A DNA stretch of 64,000 bases from Paludibacteraceae bacterium (GTDB lineage: Bacteria > Bacteroidota > Bacteroidia > Bacteroidales > Paludibacteraceae), in contig JAFRNH010000008.1 in NCBI GenBank assembly GCA_017430235.1, positions 2,173-66,172 on the forward strand, given 5' to 3'. A model generated the notes under the pieces. The model saw only the letters and a list, made by a program, of their open reading frames with translations, searched no databases and had not been told where the DNA came from. Position 1 is the first letter of the stretch. Each line of letters opens with the position of its first letter. Of this stretch, positions 21,701-31,802 are shown in pieces. The position numbers and the translations under genes are program-made.

Positions 21701-23221
21701 TCAATTTTCTATCAAACCATTTCCCTTTTCATCTATGAAGAAATAACGATTGCCCAATTTTACCCGAAGCAATCCTTCTGAAAAGTAACCGACCTCATCA
21801 GCATCAAATGGCAGGAGCTTTAAACCATCAAACGGCACGGAATTCACTTTCGACTTATCATATTTTCTAAAATAATGACAATTCCGATAGTTGTCCTTAT
21901 CGCTCAATTCTTTCTTATAATTACAAAGCAATTCGACATCAGGCAAATTAGTCATTTTAACAATACCAGCCTTTAAATAATCGGCATACTGAGATGGTAT
22001 AGTATCTCCAGTATCAGTAAGGAACAAACCTCTGAATCCGTTATCGACTCCTATCCCAATATTATTTTGAAAACGTGAATATATATCAAATTGATTCGGA
22101 TAAACAAGTTGTCCTCCTTCGTCTTCCAACTGCCAATATTTCCCATCAACAAAACGCAGATAATTTTTCCCAAATTGAAATCGTGAGACTTCCTTTCCAT
22201 TCAAATCCAATTGTTTAGTCACATTATTTATTTCAGGAATTAAACTTTCGTCACAACCCAATTTTTCACTTATATATTCACTTAAATTCGTATCAATATC
22301 ATAAGCATTAAACAAAAAAATTCCCTTTATTAAGTAATGTTCTGACATCCATGGAAGATGTTCGTACAACTTGCGTCCGTCTTTATAAACATTAATACAT
22401 ATTGGAATTATTTGCAGTCCTCCTAAATCCTCTGAATAAAGACTGACAGAAAGGACCTCTATCAACAAACCATACATTAAACATATTTTATTATCATACT
22501 GAAACGGCACAACAACATTACCTTTCTCATCGACAATTCCATATTTATTTGTCTTATTATCATAAAGAGTAATTAAACCAACGCCATCAAAACTACAATT
22601 CAAAGATGGAGAAACTGTATAGCCATACTTTGTTTCCAATGTTTCCTTTCCTACGAGGTTTCCATCACACAGTTTTTCCAATGAAAAGTAAATTTGTTCA
22701 CAATCTTCAGGATTATTGTAATTCCAATTTGTTACTATTACAGGATATTCATTTTCGTACGATTCCATCTTTATGACAGTATCTTTTTTCACAAAATAAG
22801 TACTATGTCCAGAATCATTGTCAACATACATAACGTCAAAATCTCTAGTTTTATTTATAGTAATACGTTTACCTGAATATAACTCGTTACCATTTTTATC
22901 TATTATGTACGCATTAGAATTTTCTGTTTGAGGTATATAGCATCGTCCATTGTTAAACATAACCTCCTCATCCAGTCTAAACGCTCTTTGATTGGTCGCA
23001 TCCCATTTCATTGGAATCACCAAATCTCCAGACTTGTCGATAAATCCTATTTTCCTATCTTTTACAACAGCAGCAAGACCTTCATGGAAATGACCCACAT
23101 ACTCATACTCCTTAATTTTTTCGTTTAATTTTTTTATACCACTTACAGAAAGTCCATCAGAAGCAATCAAAAGAATACTATGAGTAATAAATAATAATGC
23201 AAAAAGAGTTTTTTTATTCAT
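21701..23221 (-). CDS. WG-repeat (KWG) containing secreted protein
   Basis: Repeated (Y/I)GFIDKSGxxVIP-type units. The likely start is MNKKTLFALLF at 23221; the ORF opens at 23263. Confidence 0.65.
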   Translation of the reverse strand: MNKKTLFALLFITHSILLIASDGLSVSGIKKLNEKIKEYEYVGHFHEGLAAVVKDRKIGFIDKSGDLVIPMKWDATNQRAFRLDEEVMFNNGRCYIPQTENSNAYIIDKNGNELYSGKRITINKTRDFDVMYVDNDSGHSTYFVKKDTVIKMESYENEYPVIVTNWNYNNPEDCEQIYFSLEKLCDGNLVGKETLETKYGYTVSPSLNCSFDGVGLITLYDNKTNKYGIVDEKGNVVVPFQYDNKICLMYGLLIEVLSVSLYSEDLGGLQIIPICINVYKDGRKLYEHLPWMSEHYLIKGIFLFNAYDIDTNLSEYISEKLGCDESLIPEINNVTKQLDLNGKEVSRFQFGKNYLRFVDGKYWQLEDEGGQLVYPNQFDIYSRFQNNIGIGVDNGFRGLFLTDTGDTIPSQYADYLKAGIVKMTNLPDVELLCNYKKELSDKDNYRNCHYFRKYDKSKVNSVPFDGLKLLPFDADEVGYFSEGLLRVKLGNRYFFIDEKGNGLIEN

Positions 23222-23276
23222 ACGTGAATTCAATTTTAAATCAATGAGAATAAGAATCTCCAATCAGAGCTGTCTT

Positions 23277-24173
23277 CTACAATGCATCCGTCGAAGGTTC
23301 TGCATGTATGCTTATCTGTGTTAGCTGTCCATAGTTCTTCCGTAAGGCTTCTTCCACCTGAATGGTAATATCATGTGCGCAGACCAATGTGATTTGAGGA
23401 TCCATCACAACATGCACATCGATGATCACATGTGGACCATTCCGACGGGTCTTTAACTCATGCACATCCTCCACTCCTTCTACCGACTCTATAATCTGCG
23501 TGATCTTCTGCTCTTCTTCTTCGGGCAACGAAGCCTCCAATAATTCCGAAAGTGCAGGCAATGCCATTTTCACTGCCACCACAATAATGAAGATACTTAT
23601 CGCACATCCCACAAGCGGATCCAACAATGTCCACTTCTCACCCAATAAGATTGCACCGCCAATACCGATTGCTGATGCAACAGACGAGAAGGCATCCGTA
23701 CGATGATGCCATGCATTAGCCATCACAACCGGACTTCCCTCCTTACGGCCTGTGCGCCACGTGATTTGATACAGAAACTCTTTAAAAATAATCGATATGA
23801 TTGCCACTGCAAATGCAATCCAACTTGGATGTGACGTTTCCTCTCCTCCTAAAATTTGACATACTGAAGTAATACCTGATGTCATAAGTTTCACTGCCAC
23901 AACAAGCAATATCACACTTACAATCAACGTGGCTAACGTCTCAAACTTTCCATGTCCATACCTATGACTTCGATCATTCTTCTTCGACGAGATGCGAACA
24001 AAACATAACACAATGCCATCACTGATCAAATCGGATAAAGAGTGTATTCCATCTGCCACCATTGCAGCACTCTGTCCGACTACGCCCGACACCAATTTAA
24101 TGACAGTCAAAAACAGATTGATAATCGTCCCCAACAATGTCACTTTAACAATAGATTTTTCCCTACTCTCCAT
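23277..24173 (-). CDS. cation diffusion facilitator family transporter
   Basis: 298 aa with six TM segments, CDF motifs (HSLSDLISD, HHRTDAFSS) and a C-terminal cytoplasmic domain. Confidence 0.85.
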   Translation of the reverse strand: MESREKSIVKVTLLGTIINLFLTVIKLVSGVVGQSAAMVADGIHSLSDLISDGIVLCFVRISSKKNDRSHRYGHGKFETLATLIVSVILLVVAVKLMTSGITSVCQILGGEETSHPSWIAFAVAIISIIFKEFLYQITWRTGRKEGSPVVMANAWHHRTDAFSSVASAIGIGGAILLGEKWTLLDPLVGCAISIFIIVVAVKMALPALSELLEASLPEEEEQKITQIIESVEGVEDVHELKTRRNGPHVIIDVHVVMDPQITLVCAHDITIQVEEALRKNYGQLTQISIHAEPSTDAL

Positions 24174-24177
24174 GACC

Positions 24178-24711
24178 TCACAGATTTCTCAGTTGTTCAA
24201 AAAAGCTCCAAATAACAATACCTGCAGTGACCGACACATTCAGTGAATGTTTTGTACCAAATTGTGGTATTTCAATACACGCATCGGAGAGATCTACCAC
24301 CTCTTGTTGAACACCCTTCACTTCATTACCCAGCACAACTGCATATTTCTTATTCGGATCCAACTGAAGATCGGGCAACATGACACTACCCTCCACTTGT
24401 TCAATGGTGAAGACATAATATCCTTGTGATTGCAGTTCGCGCACAGCCTCCTGAGCTGTTTTATAGGCTTGCCAATCCATAGAAAACTCTGCACCTAAGG
24501 CAGTCTTATGTATTTCAGGATTAGGAGGTGTGGAGGTGATACCACACAGACAAATCTTTTCAACCAAAAATGCGTCGCTCGTACGAAAGACGGAGCCCAC
24601 ATTATACAAACTTCTCACATTATCCAAAACCACCACCAATGGTAGTTTCTTTGCTTTTTTGAAATCATCTGTTGAGATACGATTCAGTTCTGTAACTTCC
24701 AGTTTTCTCAT
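24178..24711 (-). CDS. SpoU/TrmH-family RNA 2'-O-methyltransferase
   Basis: 177 aa with SPOUT motifs (VLGNEVKGV, IPQFGTKHSLNVSVTAGI). Overlaps cobB by 4 nt. Confidence 0.8.
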   Translation of the reverse strand: MRKLEVTELNRISTDDFKKAKKLPLVVVLDNVRSLYNVGSVFRTSDAFLVEKICLCGITSTPPNPEIHKTALGAEFSMDWQAYKTAQEAVRELQSQGYYVFTIEQVEGSVMLPDLQLDPNKKYAVVLGNEVKGVQQEVVDLSDACIEIPQFGTKHSLNVSVTAGIVIWSFFEQLRNL

Positions 24712-25397
24712 GCTTTCACCATCTTGATAAAGTCTTTCATTCCTTCTGAGGCACCTTTTTGAATCATGGTAATCTTTCTCGTTGACGGAACTGGAACGGT
24801 TTTCGGATCGATAATGTATATAGGTGTTTCGTAAGGCACATAATTAATCAGGCCAGCGGCTGGATAGACATTCAAAGAGGTTCCCACAATAAGGAATATA
24901 TCCGCTTGCTGTGCCAACTCGACTGCGGGTTCAAAATTAGGCACCGCCTCGCCGAACCATACGATGTCGGGACGCAATTGTGCACCATCTGAAGCTTTAT
25001 CACCCAAATGAATCTCACAAGCATCATCCGTTAAAGTTGTCACCAAATTAGGATTACGAACCGAGCGCACCTTCATCAGTTCACCATGAAGATGCAAAAC
25101 ACTCTTGCTACCAGCCCGTTCATGCAAATCATCAATATTCTGTGTGACAATGCGCACATCAAAGTCTGACTCCAACTCTTTCAACCCAATATGTCCATAA
25201 TTAGGCTGATGTAGCTGATGTTCTTTTCGCATGTCATTATAGAAGTTCAAGACCAATTCAGGATTTCGTTCGAAGCCTTCTGGTGTGGCCACATCTTCCA
25301 CTCTATATTCATTCCACAATCCGTCAGAATCACGGAAAGTACGTATACCACTCTCGGCACTGATACCAGCGCCTGTAAGGACAACTAATTTTTTCAT
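24708..25397 (-). CDS. cobB: NAD-dependent protein deacylase (Sir2 family)
   Basis: 229 aa with GAGISAESGIRTFR and QNIDDLHERAG motifs. Confidence 0.88.
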   Translation of the reverse strand: MKKLVVLTGAGISAESGIRTFRDSDGLWNEYRVEDVATPEGFERNPELVLNFYNDMRKEHQLHQPNYGHIGLKELESDFDVRIVTQNIDDLHERAGSKSVLHLHGELMKVRSVRNPNLVTTLTDDACEIHLGDKASDGAQLRPDIVWFGEAVPNFEPAVELAQQADIFLIVGTSLNVYPAAGLINYVPYETPIYIIDPKTVPVPSTRKITMIQKGASEGMKDFIKMVKA

Positions 25398-25417
25398 ATT
25401 TCTTCTTGTCTACAATA

Positions 25418-25909
25418 TCAATATTTACGATTAAAAATCTCCGCATAGACAAACGCACGACGCACCTCATCCGTGTCATCAAAGTTCAAATTGATAGGAG
25501 CAATGGTCTCCTCCTCAACAGGTGTCATCACACGATTATTTTTTTCTTTCTTTTTATCTGTCTTCTTTTCTGACAAAGAGGAACCACCCTCTTCTGTAGA
25601 CAAGAAGGCTGTTGTCTTTTGTTCTTTTGGCTTTGGTTTATCTGATTTTTGACTCTTCGTTTGAGTTATAGGCTTGGGATCCGATTGACTCTCAATATAA
25701 TCTTCCAACTTCTTTCGGATTGTATCCAATGGATTAGAAGAGACAATCACGGTACCATCATCAGACTGAGAAATCACCTCTCTTGTCCTTTCCGACATTT
25801 CACGGTCCAACTCCTCCTGTTCTTTCTTTTTGGCTTTTACCATATTTATAAATACGTTATAAATAACTATGCCAATAAAAACAATAATGTATACTAATGT
25901 CTCATCCAT
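25418..25909 (-). CDS. hypothetical membrane-anchored Lys/Glu-rich protein
   Basis: One TM segment followed by a charged, low-complexity tail. Start set at ATG 25909 because a TATATTTG -7 box (25934..25941) lies inside the longer ORF. Confidence 0.55.
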   Translation of the reverse strand: MDETLVYIIVFIGIVIYNVFINMVKAKKKEQEELDREMSERTREVISQSDDGTVIVSSNPLDTIRKKLEDYIESQSDPKPITQTKSQKSDKPKPKEQKTTAFLSTEEGGSSLSEKKTDKKKEKNNRVMTPVEEETIAPINLNFDDTDEVRRAFVYAEIFNRKY

Positions 25910-25933
25910 AATAAACTCGCATTGGTTATAATG

Positions 25934-25941
25934 CAAATATA
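25934..25941 (-). promoter_or_regulatory. candidate Bacteroidota -7 promoter box (TAnnTTTG)
   Basis: The minus strand reads TATATTTG, 25 nt upstream of ATG 25909. Confidence 0.4.
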
Positions 25942-26008
25942 ACGAAATTAACACTTAACCACACAAAAAAATCAAAAAAATTCGAATTCATTTTTCACAA
26001 TTAAAATT

Positions 26009-26016
26009 TATTTTTG
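26009..26016 (+). promoter_or_regulatory. candidate -7 promoter box for vsr
   Basis: TATTTTTG, 10 nt upstream of ATG 26026. This implies a very short leader. Confidence 0.4.
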
Positions 26017-26025
26017 TGTCACGAT

Positions 26026-26553
26026 ATGGATACGATTTCACCAGAAAAAAGAAGTTGGACAATGAGCAGGATTCGTAGTAAAAACACGAAACCTGAATTG
26101 TTAGTTCGTCGATACCTATATGCAAATGGATTTCGATATAGGGTAAATGTTGCCACACTACCAGGCAAACCTGATATCGTATTAAAAAAATACCACACAG
26201 TCATATTCATACATGGTTGTTTCTGGCATGGACATGATTGTTTGAAGGGAAAAACACCGCAAACCAATCCTCTCTTCTGGCAAAACAAATTTAAACGAAA
26301 CAAAGAACGTGATTTAGAGGTAAGAAATCAACTGAAAGATTTAGGATGGAACACATTGGTCATTTGGGAATGCCAACTCAAACCGAAGACACGACAAAAG
26401 ACATTGGAAGAAATCTCCTATTGGCTAAACGAAGCTTATCTCGACACCTTCCGTACAAAGAGACCAGAATATTCTATCTCTGAAGAGGGCTCAACTGTGC
26501 TAGCTGCAGAAAAGAATTCTATCTATTCTTCCTCCACTGATACAGACGAGTAA
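26026..26553 (+). CDS. vsr: very short patch repair endonuclease
   Basis: The Vsr N-terminus (SPEKRSWTMSRIRSKNTKPE) and core (GKPDIVLKKYHTVIFIHGCFWHGH) are present. Start moved to ATG 26026; the track's 26014 is a TTG lying inside the -7 box. Confidence 0.85.
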   Translation: MDTISPEKRSWTMSRIRSKNTKPELLVRRYLYANGFRYRVNVATLPGKPDIVLKKYHTVIFIHGCFWHGHDCLKGKTPQTNPLFWQNKFKRNKERDLEVRNQLKDLGWNTLVIWECQLKPKTRQKTLEEISYWLNEAYLDTFRTKRPEYSISEEGSTVLAAEKNSIYSSSTDTDE

Positions 26554-26570
26554 TTATCATTCATAAAAAA

Positions 26571-26598
26571 ACGGGCAATGCATTAATGCAAAGCCCGT
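26571..26598. terminator. hairpin between convergent vsr and serS
   Basis: ACGGGCAATGCA-TTAA-TGCAAAGCCCGT. The A-run on the plus-strand 5' side gives a T-run after the hairpin for serS on the minus strand. Confidence 0.65.
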
Positions 26599-26635
26599 AT
26601 ATAACACATGCTTAAAAAGCACAGAATAATTCTTC

Positions 26636-27907
26636 TTATCGAATCATATCACATCCCATATAAGGAACCAAGACTTTTGGAATCTTAATACCATCAGGAG
26701 TTTGATTGTTCTCCAATAGAGAAGCAACAATTCGAGGCAAAGCCAATGCGCTACCATTCAAAGTATGACATAGCTGAGCCTTCTTATCAGCTCCTTTGAA
26801 TCTACATTTCAAACGATTTGCTTGGTAGGTGTCAAAATTAGAAACTGAAGAAACCTCCAACCAACGTTTTTGTGCAGCAGAGAAGACTTCAAAATCATAA
26901 CATGTAGCAGCAGTGAAACTCATATCACCACCACATAGATGAAGAATACGATAAGGGAGTTCCAACTTCTTCAACAATCCCTCTACATGATTCAACATCT
27001 CTTTGTGAGACTCTTTAGAATGTTCTGGAGTATCGATACGAACGATTTCTATCTTTGAGAACTCATGCAAACGATTCAATCCACGCACATCCTTTCCATA
27101 AGAACCTGCCTCACGACGGAAGCATTGTGTATACGCGCAATTTTTGATTGGAAGATCCTTCTCATCCAAGATGACATCACGATAGATATTGGTAACAGGG
27201 ACCTCAGCTGTTGGGATTAAATAGAGGTCATCCACTTCACAATGGTACATCTGACCTTCCTTGTCTGGCAACTGTCCGGTACCATAACCTGATGCTTGAT
27301 TTACCACAGTTGGAGGCATGATTTCCAAGTAACCAGCCGCACGAGCTTCATCAAGGAAGAAGTTGATTAATGCACGTTGCAAGCGAGCACCCAATCCCTT
27401 GTAAACAGGGAAACCAGCACCCGTTATCTTAACGCCCAACTCGAAATCGATCAAATCATATTTTTTTGCCAATTCCCAGTGAGGCAAAGCATTCTCTGGC
27501 AAAGTAGGGATTTCATTACCCATCTTCACCACCTCATTATCTTCAGCCGTCTTTCCATCAGGAACATCATCATAAGGCATATTAGGAATTGTATATAATA
27601 TTTTGTTGATTTCTTCTTGTGAAGAATCCATTGAGCTTTGCAAGTCTGCCGTCTTCTCTTTCAATGAAGCGACTTTTTCCTTTACACTCTGAGCTTCATC
27701 TCTCTTACCCTCTTTCATCAATTGACCGACACTTTTCGACAAAGTATTGATCTCTGCCAATACAGCATCCAAAGAGGATTGAGATGCTCTACGGACTTTA
27801 TCTAATTCCAATACTTTTGCAATAGGCTCCTTAGCATCAAAATGCTTTCTTGCCAGTTTTCGGATTACTTCATCCGGATTTTCGGTGATAACCTTTAACG
27901 TCAACAT
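26636..27907 (-). CDS. serS: serine--tRNA ligase
   Basis: 423 aa with an N-terminal coiled-coil arm and class II aaRS motifs (FRREAGS, GSALA). Confidence 0.92.
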   Translation of the reverse strand: MLTLKVITENPDEVIRKLARKHFDAKEPIAKVLELDKVRRASQSSLDAVLAEINTLSKSVGQLMKEGKRDEAQSVKEKVASLKEKTADLQSSMDSSQEEINKILYTIPNMPYDDVPDGKTAEDNEVVKMGNEIPTLPENALPHWELAKKYDLIDFELGVKITGAGFPVYKGLGARLQRALINFFLDEARAAGYLEIMPPTVVNQASGYGTGQLPDKEGQMYHCEVDDLYLIPTAEVPVTNIYRDVILDEKDLPIKNCAYTQCFRREAGSYGKDVRGLNRLHEFSKIEIVRIDTPEHSKESHKEMLNHVEGLLKKLELPYRILHLCGGDMSFTAATCYDFEVFSAAQKRWLEVSSVSNFDTYQANRLKCRFKGADKKAQLCHTLNGSALALPRIVASLLENNQTPDGIKIPKVLVPYMGCDMIR

Positions 27908-27957
27908 ATCTTCAACAATAATTATTTCTTATATTAATATTTCTTTCAAAATAAAAA

Positions 27958-28482
27958 TCACTCTACAAAGGTAATAGAATCCAATTTCATATCATAATAT
28001 AAAGCCGAATATTCTAACACCTTAATTGTATCATTTCCCTTATCTGTGCGATTAATAAATATTTTAAGGGAAGAACCATACATTAAATAGTAAGGAACAT
28101 ACAATCTGTATTTTGACCCCTCATTCATGTGTCGAAGTCCAACATAGAAGGCTTCATTCAAATCCTCCATAGCCGAACGTGAACTATCTGAAATAAATTT
28201 CTTTCCACTCAACACATAGCCATCATAATGGAAAAAGACTGTATCTTTTGGACCTGGTTTCTCCCCATTAGAAGCCTCCAGCTCTCTGTACAGCAATCCA
28301 GAAGGATCTGTTTTAACATTTTCCTCTTTACTTTTATCTCTCAAATAGGCTTCTCCTTTTTCTTTATTCTGCTGTATGATTAATATGTTATCAGTCTTAT
28401 TAACTTCATCCTTCTTGCACGAAACATAAGTAAGGAGAAACAGAGCACTAATCAGCAAGGGGAAAAACTTTATCTTATTCAT
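27958..28482 (-). CDS. FKBP-like lipoprotein (possibly a degenerate PPIase)
   Basis: 174 aa with a lipoprotein signal (LTYVSC) and an FKBP-like stretch (DTVFFHYDGYVLSGKKFISDSS). Confidence 0.5.
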   Translation of the reverse strand: MNKIKFFPLLISALFLLTYVSCKKDEVNKTDNILIIQQNKEKGEAYLRDKSKEENVKTDPSGLLYRELEASNGEKPGPKDTVFFHYDGYVLSGKKFISDSSRSAMEDLNEAFYVGLRHMNEGSKYRLYVPYYLMYGSSLKIFINRTDKGNDTIKVLEYSALYYDMKLDSITFVE

Positions 28483-28489
28483 AACTTCA

Positions 28490-29131
28490 TTAATTATTTT
28501 TTTTCTTAATAAGGGTCATACCATCACGTACAGGAACAATCACTCTTTCAACGCGATCGTCAGTCATGATTAAATCATTGAATTTTTGGATTCCGATGGT
28601 TTGAGCATCTTTTGAATCCTCCAATACATGACCATCCCACAATGTATTATCAGCAATAATCAAGCCACCCAATCGTAATTTAGGGAAAACCGCCTGATAA
28701 TAATCCATGTAATGACGTTTGTTGCCATCCATAAAAACGACATCAAACAAGCCATCGAGCGTTGGAATGATTTGACTCGCGTCACCAATATGAAGATGGA
28801 TTTTCGATGAATATCCGTTAGTATCAAACAACTGAAGCAAGAAATCCTCTAATTCATCATTGATTTCTATCGTATGCAATTCCCCATCTTCTGGCAATGA
28901 TTCAGCCATACACAAAGCAGAATAGCCCGTAAACGTTCCAATTTCAAGAATACGTTTGGCGGACATCATAGAACAAAACATTTTCAGCATTCTACCTTGA
29001 AGATGGCCAGACAGCATACGAGGCTTCAATGTGTGTAAATTGGTGTCTCGTACCAATTTTTTTAAATAATCTGGCTCACTGTCAATGTGAGCCAGAATAT
29101 ATTTTTCCAAATTATCATCCTTCAAATCCAT
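28490..29131 (-). CDS. class I SAM-dependent O-methyltransferase (caffeoyl-CoA OMT-like)
   Basis: 213 aa with a SAM-binding motif (ILEIGTFTGYSALCMAE). Confidence 0.8.
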   Translation of the reverse strand: MDLKDDNLEKYILAHIDSEPDYLKKLVRDTNLHTLKPRMLSGHLQGRMLKMFCSMMSAKRILEIGTFTGYSALCMAESLPEDGELHTIEINDELEDFLLQLFDTNGYSSKIHLHIGDASQIIPTLDGLFDVVFMDGNKRHYMDYYQAVFPKLRLGGLIIADNTLWDGHVLEDSKDAQTIGIQKFNDLIMTDDRVERVIVPVRDGMTLIKKKNN

Positions 29132-29167
29132 ATCGGTTGCAAAGATATAGAATTTTTCAATTAATGA

Positions 29168-30151
29168 TTACCAATATACAACAGGACATGGATATTTTTC
29201 GTGTTTACGTATAATATAGATTAAATTAATTTCATGAGACCATGATCCATTCTTTTTTGCATACGATGTAAACAAATCATATACATAACTAAATTGGAAA
29301 CTACCAAACTGCAAACCTGCCATGAAAGATGGCGTATGCAAATCAGCCAAATCTGATTTAAAGGCCGCACCAATCAACAACGGACTATAAAGAAGTCCGA
29401 CTCCTGCATAAAAGTTCTGGAATTGCTCCTGCATTTGATAATAGACATTAGCAAACAGATAGTTGTTAGAAAGATCCGCACGTCCGAACAATCCATTCTG
29501 CGACTGCAAATCCTTAAAATAACTAACATGCACTGTTAACTTACGTTCCAAAACATTGTCTTGCTTATCAAGGAATCCATTCTTTGGTTCTCCGATGTGA
29601 TATACAGCAGCACCTACAGTCAATAAATTTTCAATCACAAACGAACCTCCAGCAGAGAAATCAACGTAGGTACGAGAATCATTTGTCAAATTTTCAGCTG
29701 TTGGATTCTCAACGCGTCGATAATGTGGATTGTACATATCCTCAAACTCGAAATTGTCACCCATAAAACAGGCAAACAAAGTGGCTTGAACTCCCAAACG
29801 AATGAAATAGTGCTCTTTCAAACGTATCGTATGTGAATACAACAAATCAAACTCATGTTCTTGATAGGCTCCTCCTCCCTTATTGTCGTAGGTGTAGGCA
29901 AAACCCGCAGAACACATCTGCTTGTAAAAGTTTTGATCGTATGATGCACGTAATGTATGAAATTTATTATCCAAGGCTGGCCAGTGCTGTCTATAATTTA
30001 ATCCAAAACGAATGGAATTTGCAGCTCCTGCCAAAGAGGGATTCAATGCAAACGGCATCGTGTTATGGCTCGTCAACGAATAGTCCTGAGCAAAGGTACT
30101 CATCGAAAAAGCACACACAGACATCAATATTCCAATAAAAAATCTCTTCAT
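29168..30151 (-). CDS. type IX secretion system membrane protein, PorP/SprF family
   Basis: 327 aa with a signal peptide and a PorP/SprF-like N-terminal region (PFALNPSLAGAANSIRFGLNYRQHWPAL). Confidence 0.75.
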   Translation of the reverse strand: MKRFFIGILMSVCAFSMSTFAQDYSLTSHNTMPFALNPSLAGAANSIRFGLNYRQHWPALDNKFHTLRASYDQNFYKQMCSAGFAYTYDNKGGGAYQEHEFDLLYSHTIRLKEHYFIRLGVQATLFACFMGDNFEFEDMYNPHYRRVENPTAENLTNDSRTYVDFSAGGSFVIENLLTVGAAVYHIGEPKNGFLDKQDNVLERKLTVHVSYFKDLQSQNGLFGRADLSNNYLFANVYYQMQEQFQNFYAGVGLLYSPLLIGAAFKSDLADLHTPSFMAGLQFGSFQFSYVYDLFTSYAKKNGSWSHEINLIYIIRKHEKYPCPVVYW

Positions 30152-30203
30152 TGTTATTCAATTTTTATAATTGACACAAAACTTTTTCTCTTTCCATCTT
30201 TTC

Positions 30204-30224
30204 GATGAATTGATAGAACTCACC
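30204..30224 (-). repeat. 21-bp inverted-repeat box (copy 2), 53 nt upstream of the PorP/SprF start codon
   Basis: The minus strand reads GGTGAGTTCTATCAATTCATC. The downstream extension is only weakly similar. Confidence 0.55.
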
Positions 30225-30559
30225 TATAGTTTTCTATGTTCATCTTTTTTCTGCACGTTTCGTATATAAGGATCATGACTCTTAGCGCTCCTTTATTGAT
30301 TTTCATGCTAACAAAAATAGAGAAATTTCACTTTGTTTCATACTACTTTCCCTATTCCATTGTCACTACGTTCAACACTTCATACGAACATTCTCCAAAG
30401 ATACATTTAAATCTGAACAATCATAAACTAAATCTCCTTTTTTTTTACATATTTTTAATATTTTTTTTGTGACAATCTAAAAATAGGTCTAAATTTAACT
30501 CTTATCTGTCCCGACACCACTCTTCTTTTCGTTGGAATTTCATCAGCATCTTCCTACCA

Positions 30560-31801
30560 TCACATCTTCCCTTGATAAATTAACGTCGATAATCGGTCTG
30601 CTCGCAACACATCATTCACCACTTCTAAAATCACCGAAGGCGTCACTTCATTCAACTGATTATAAACATATTCCAAGGTCTCAAACTTATTAAAGTAAAG
30701 AAAACTTTTGGCCATAGACAAAACAAGATTTTCTCTGTTCTCTTGCATAATAGTCATTTGTCCGACCATCTGTTTTTTATACTTCTCTAACTGTATTTTT
30801 GTAAATGGAACCTCTCGCAACCGCTTCAGCTCTGCACAAATCAAATCTGTACATTTTTCCCGATTTCGTTCTTCTGTTCCAAAATAAATTGACAACAAAC
30901 CAGAATCTGAATAAGAGGTATAGGTCGATTCTATATTATAAGCCATACCATTTCGCTCACGTAGCAACAAATTCAATCGGCTATTCAACGATGGTCCACC
31001 TATAATGTTATTCAACAAACTCATAGGCAAACGACGGTCGTCAGAAAGATCATACGACGGACAACCCACCATCACATGTGCCTGCGACGTGTGTTTACGT
31101 ACCATCTTATCAAATGGTTCATACGTACTTTTCACAATAGAATTAACCGCACTTCGTTTCTCTTCAATGTCACTTAAATACTTCTCAGCCAAACGTTTTA
31201 CTCTGCTAAATGGTATTTTCCCCAATGAGAAAAAGACAATTTTATCCGTACAATAGGTCCTTCTTACAAAATTGATGGCATCTTGCGTAGTATACTTCTT
31301 TAATCTTTTGGCATCTCCTAAGATGTTTCTTCCTAATGGAGTATTGGCGAAAACAAGTTCTTCGAAGTCATCGTAAATCTGTTCCGAAGGTGTATCTTTA
31401 TACGACTGAATCTCATCTATGATTACATCCACCTCCTTGTCCAATTCTTTTTGTGGAAATGTGGCATGAAATACAATATCCGAACAAATGTCAACAGCTT
31501 TTTCATAATCTTCACATAGGAAATTAGCATACACGAATGTCTCCTCCTTGGTGGTATAAGCATTCAACTCACCACCAACAGACTCCAAACTATTAACTAT
31601 ATGCCACGATTTTCTCCGTTGCGTACCCTTAAACAACGTATGTTCAATAAAATGAGCCATACCCGACTCCTCCGGCAACTCATCTCTCGTACCCACATTA
31701 ATAGCAAAGCCACAATATGCCACAGGTGAATCATCATACAAATGAACAACACGTATGCCATTGGGCATCTCCCAAAACGAAAGATCTTTCGTCAAATCCA
31801 T
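30560..31801 (-). CDS. M16-family (pitrilysin/insulinase) zinc peptidase
   Basis: 413 aa with the inverted zinc motif HxxEH (HFIEHTLFKGT). Confidence 0.85.
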   Translation of the reverse strand: MDLTKDLSFWEMPNGIRVVHLYDDSPVAYCGFAINVGTRDELPEESGMAHFIEHTLFKGTQRRKSWHIVNSLESVGGELNAYTTKEETFVYANFLCEDYEKAVDICSDIVFHATFPQKELDKEVDVIIDEIQSYKDTPSEQIYDDFEELVFANTPLGRNILGDAKRLKKYTTQDAINFVRRTYCTDKIVFFSLGKIPFSRVKRLAEKYLSDIEEKRSAVNSIVKSTYEPFDKMVRKHTSQAHVMVGCPSYDLSDDRRLPMSLLNNIIGGPSLNSRLNLLLRERNGMAYNIESTYTSYSDSGLLSIYFGTEERNREKCTDLICAELKRLREVPFTKIQLEKYKKQMVGQMTIMQENRENLVLSMAKSFLYFNKFETLEYVYNQLNEVTPSVILEVVNDVLRADRLSTLIYQGKM

Positions 31802-31802
31802 T

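Noticed and set aside
30236-30472. 78-aa ORF in the 408-bp gap between porP/sprF and the M16 peptidase gene
   Set aside because: The translation is hydrophobic and low-complexity from AT-rich DNA, with no promoter-like box in front and no motif. The gap more likely holds the porP/sprF promoter and the 21-bp box at 30204.
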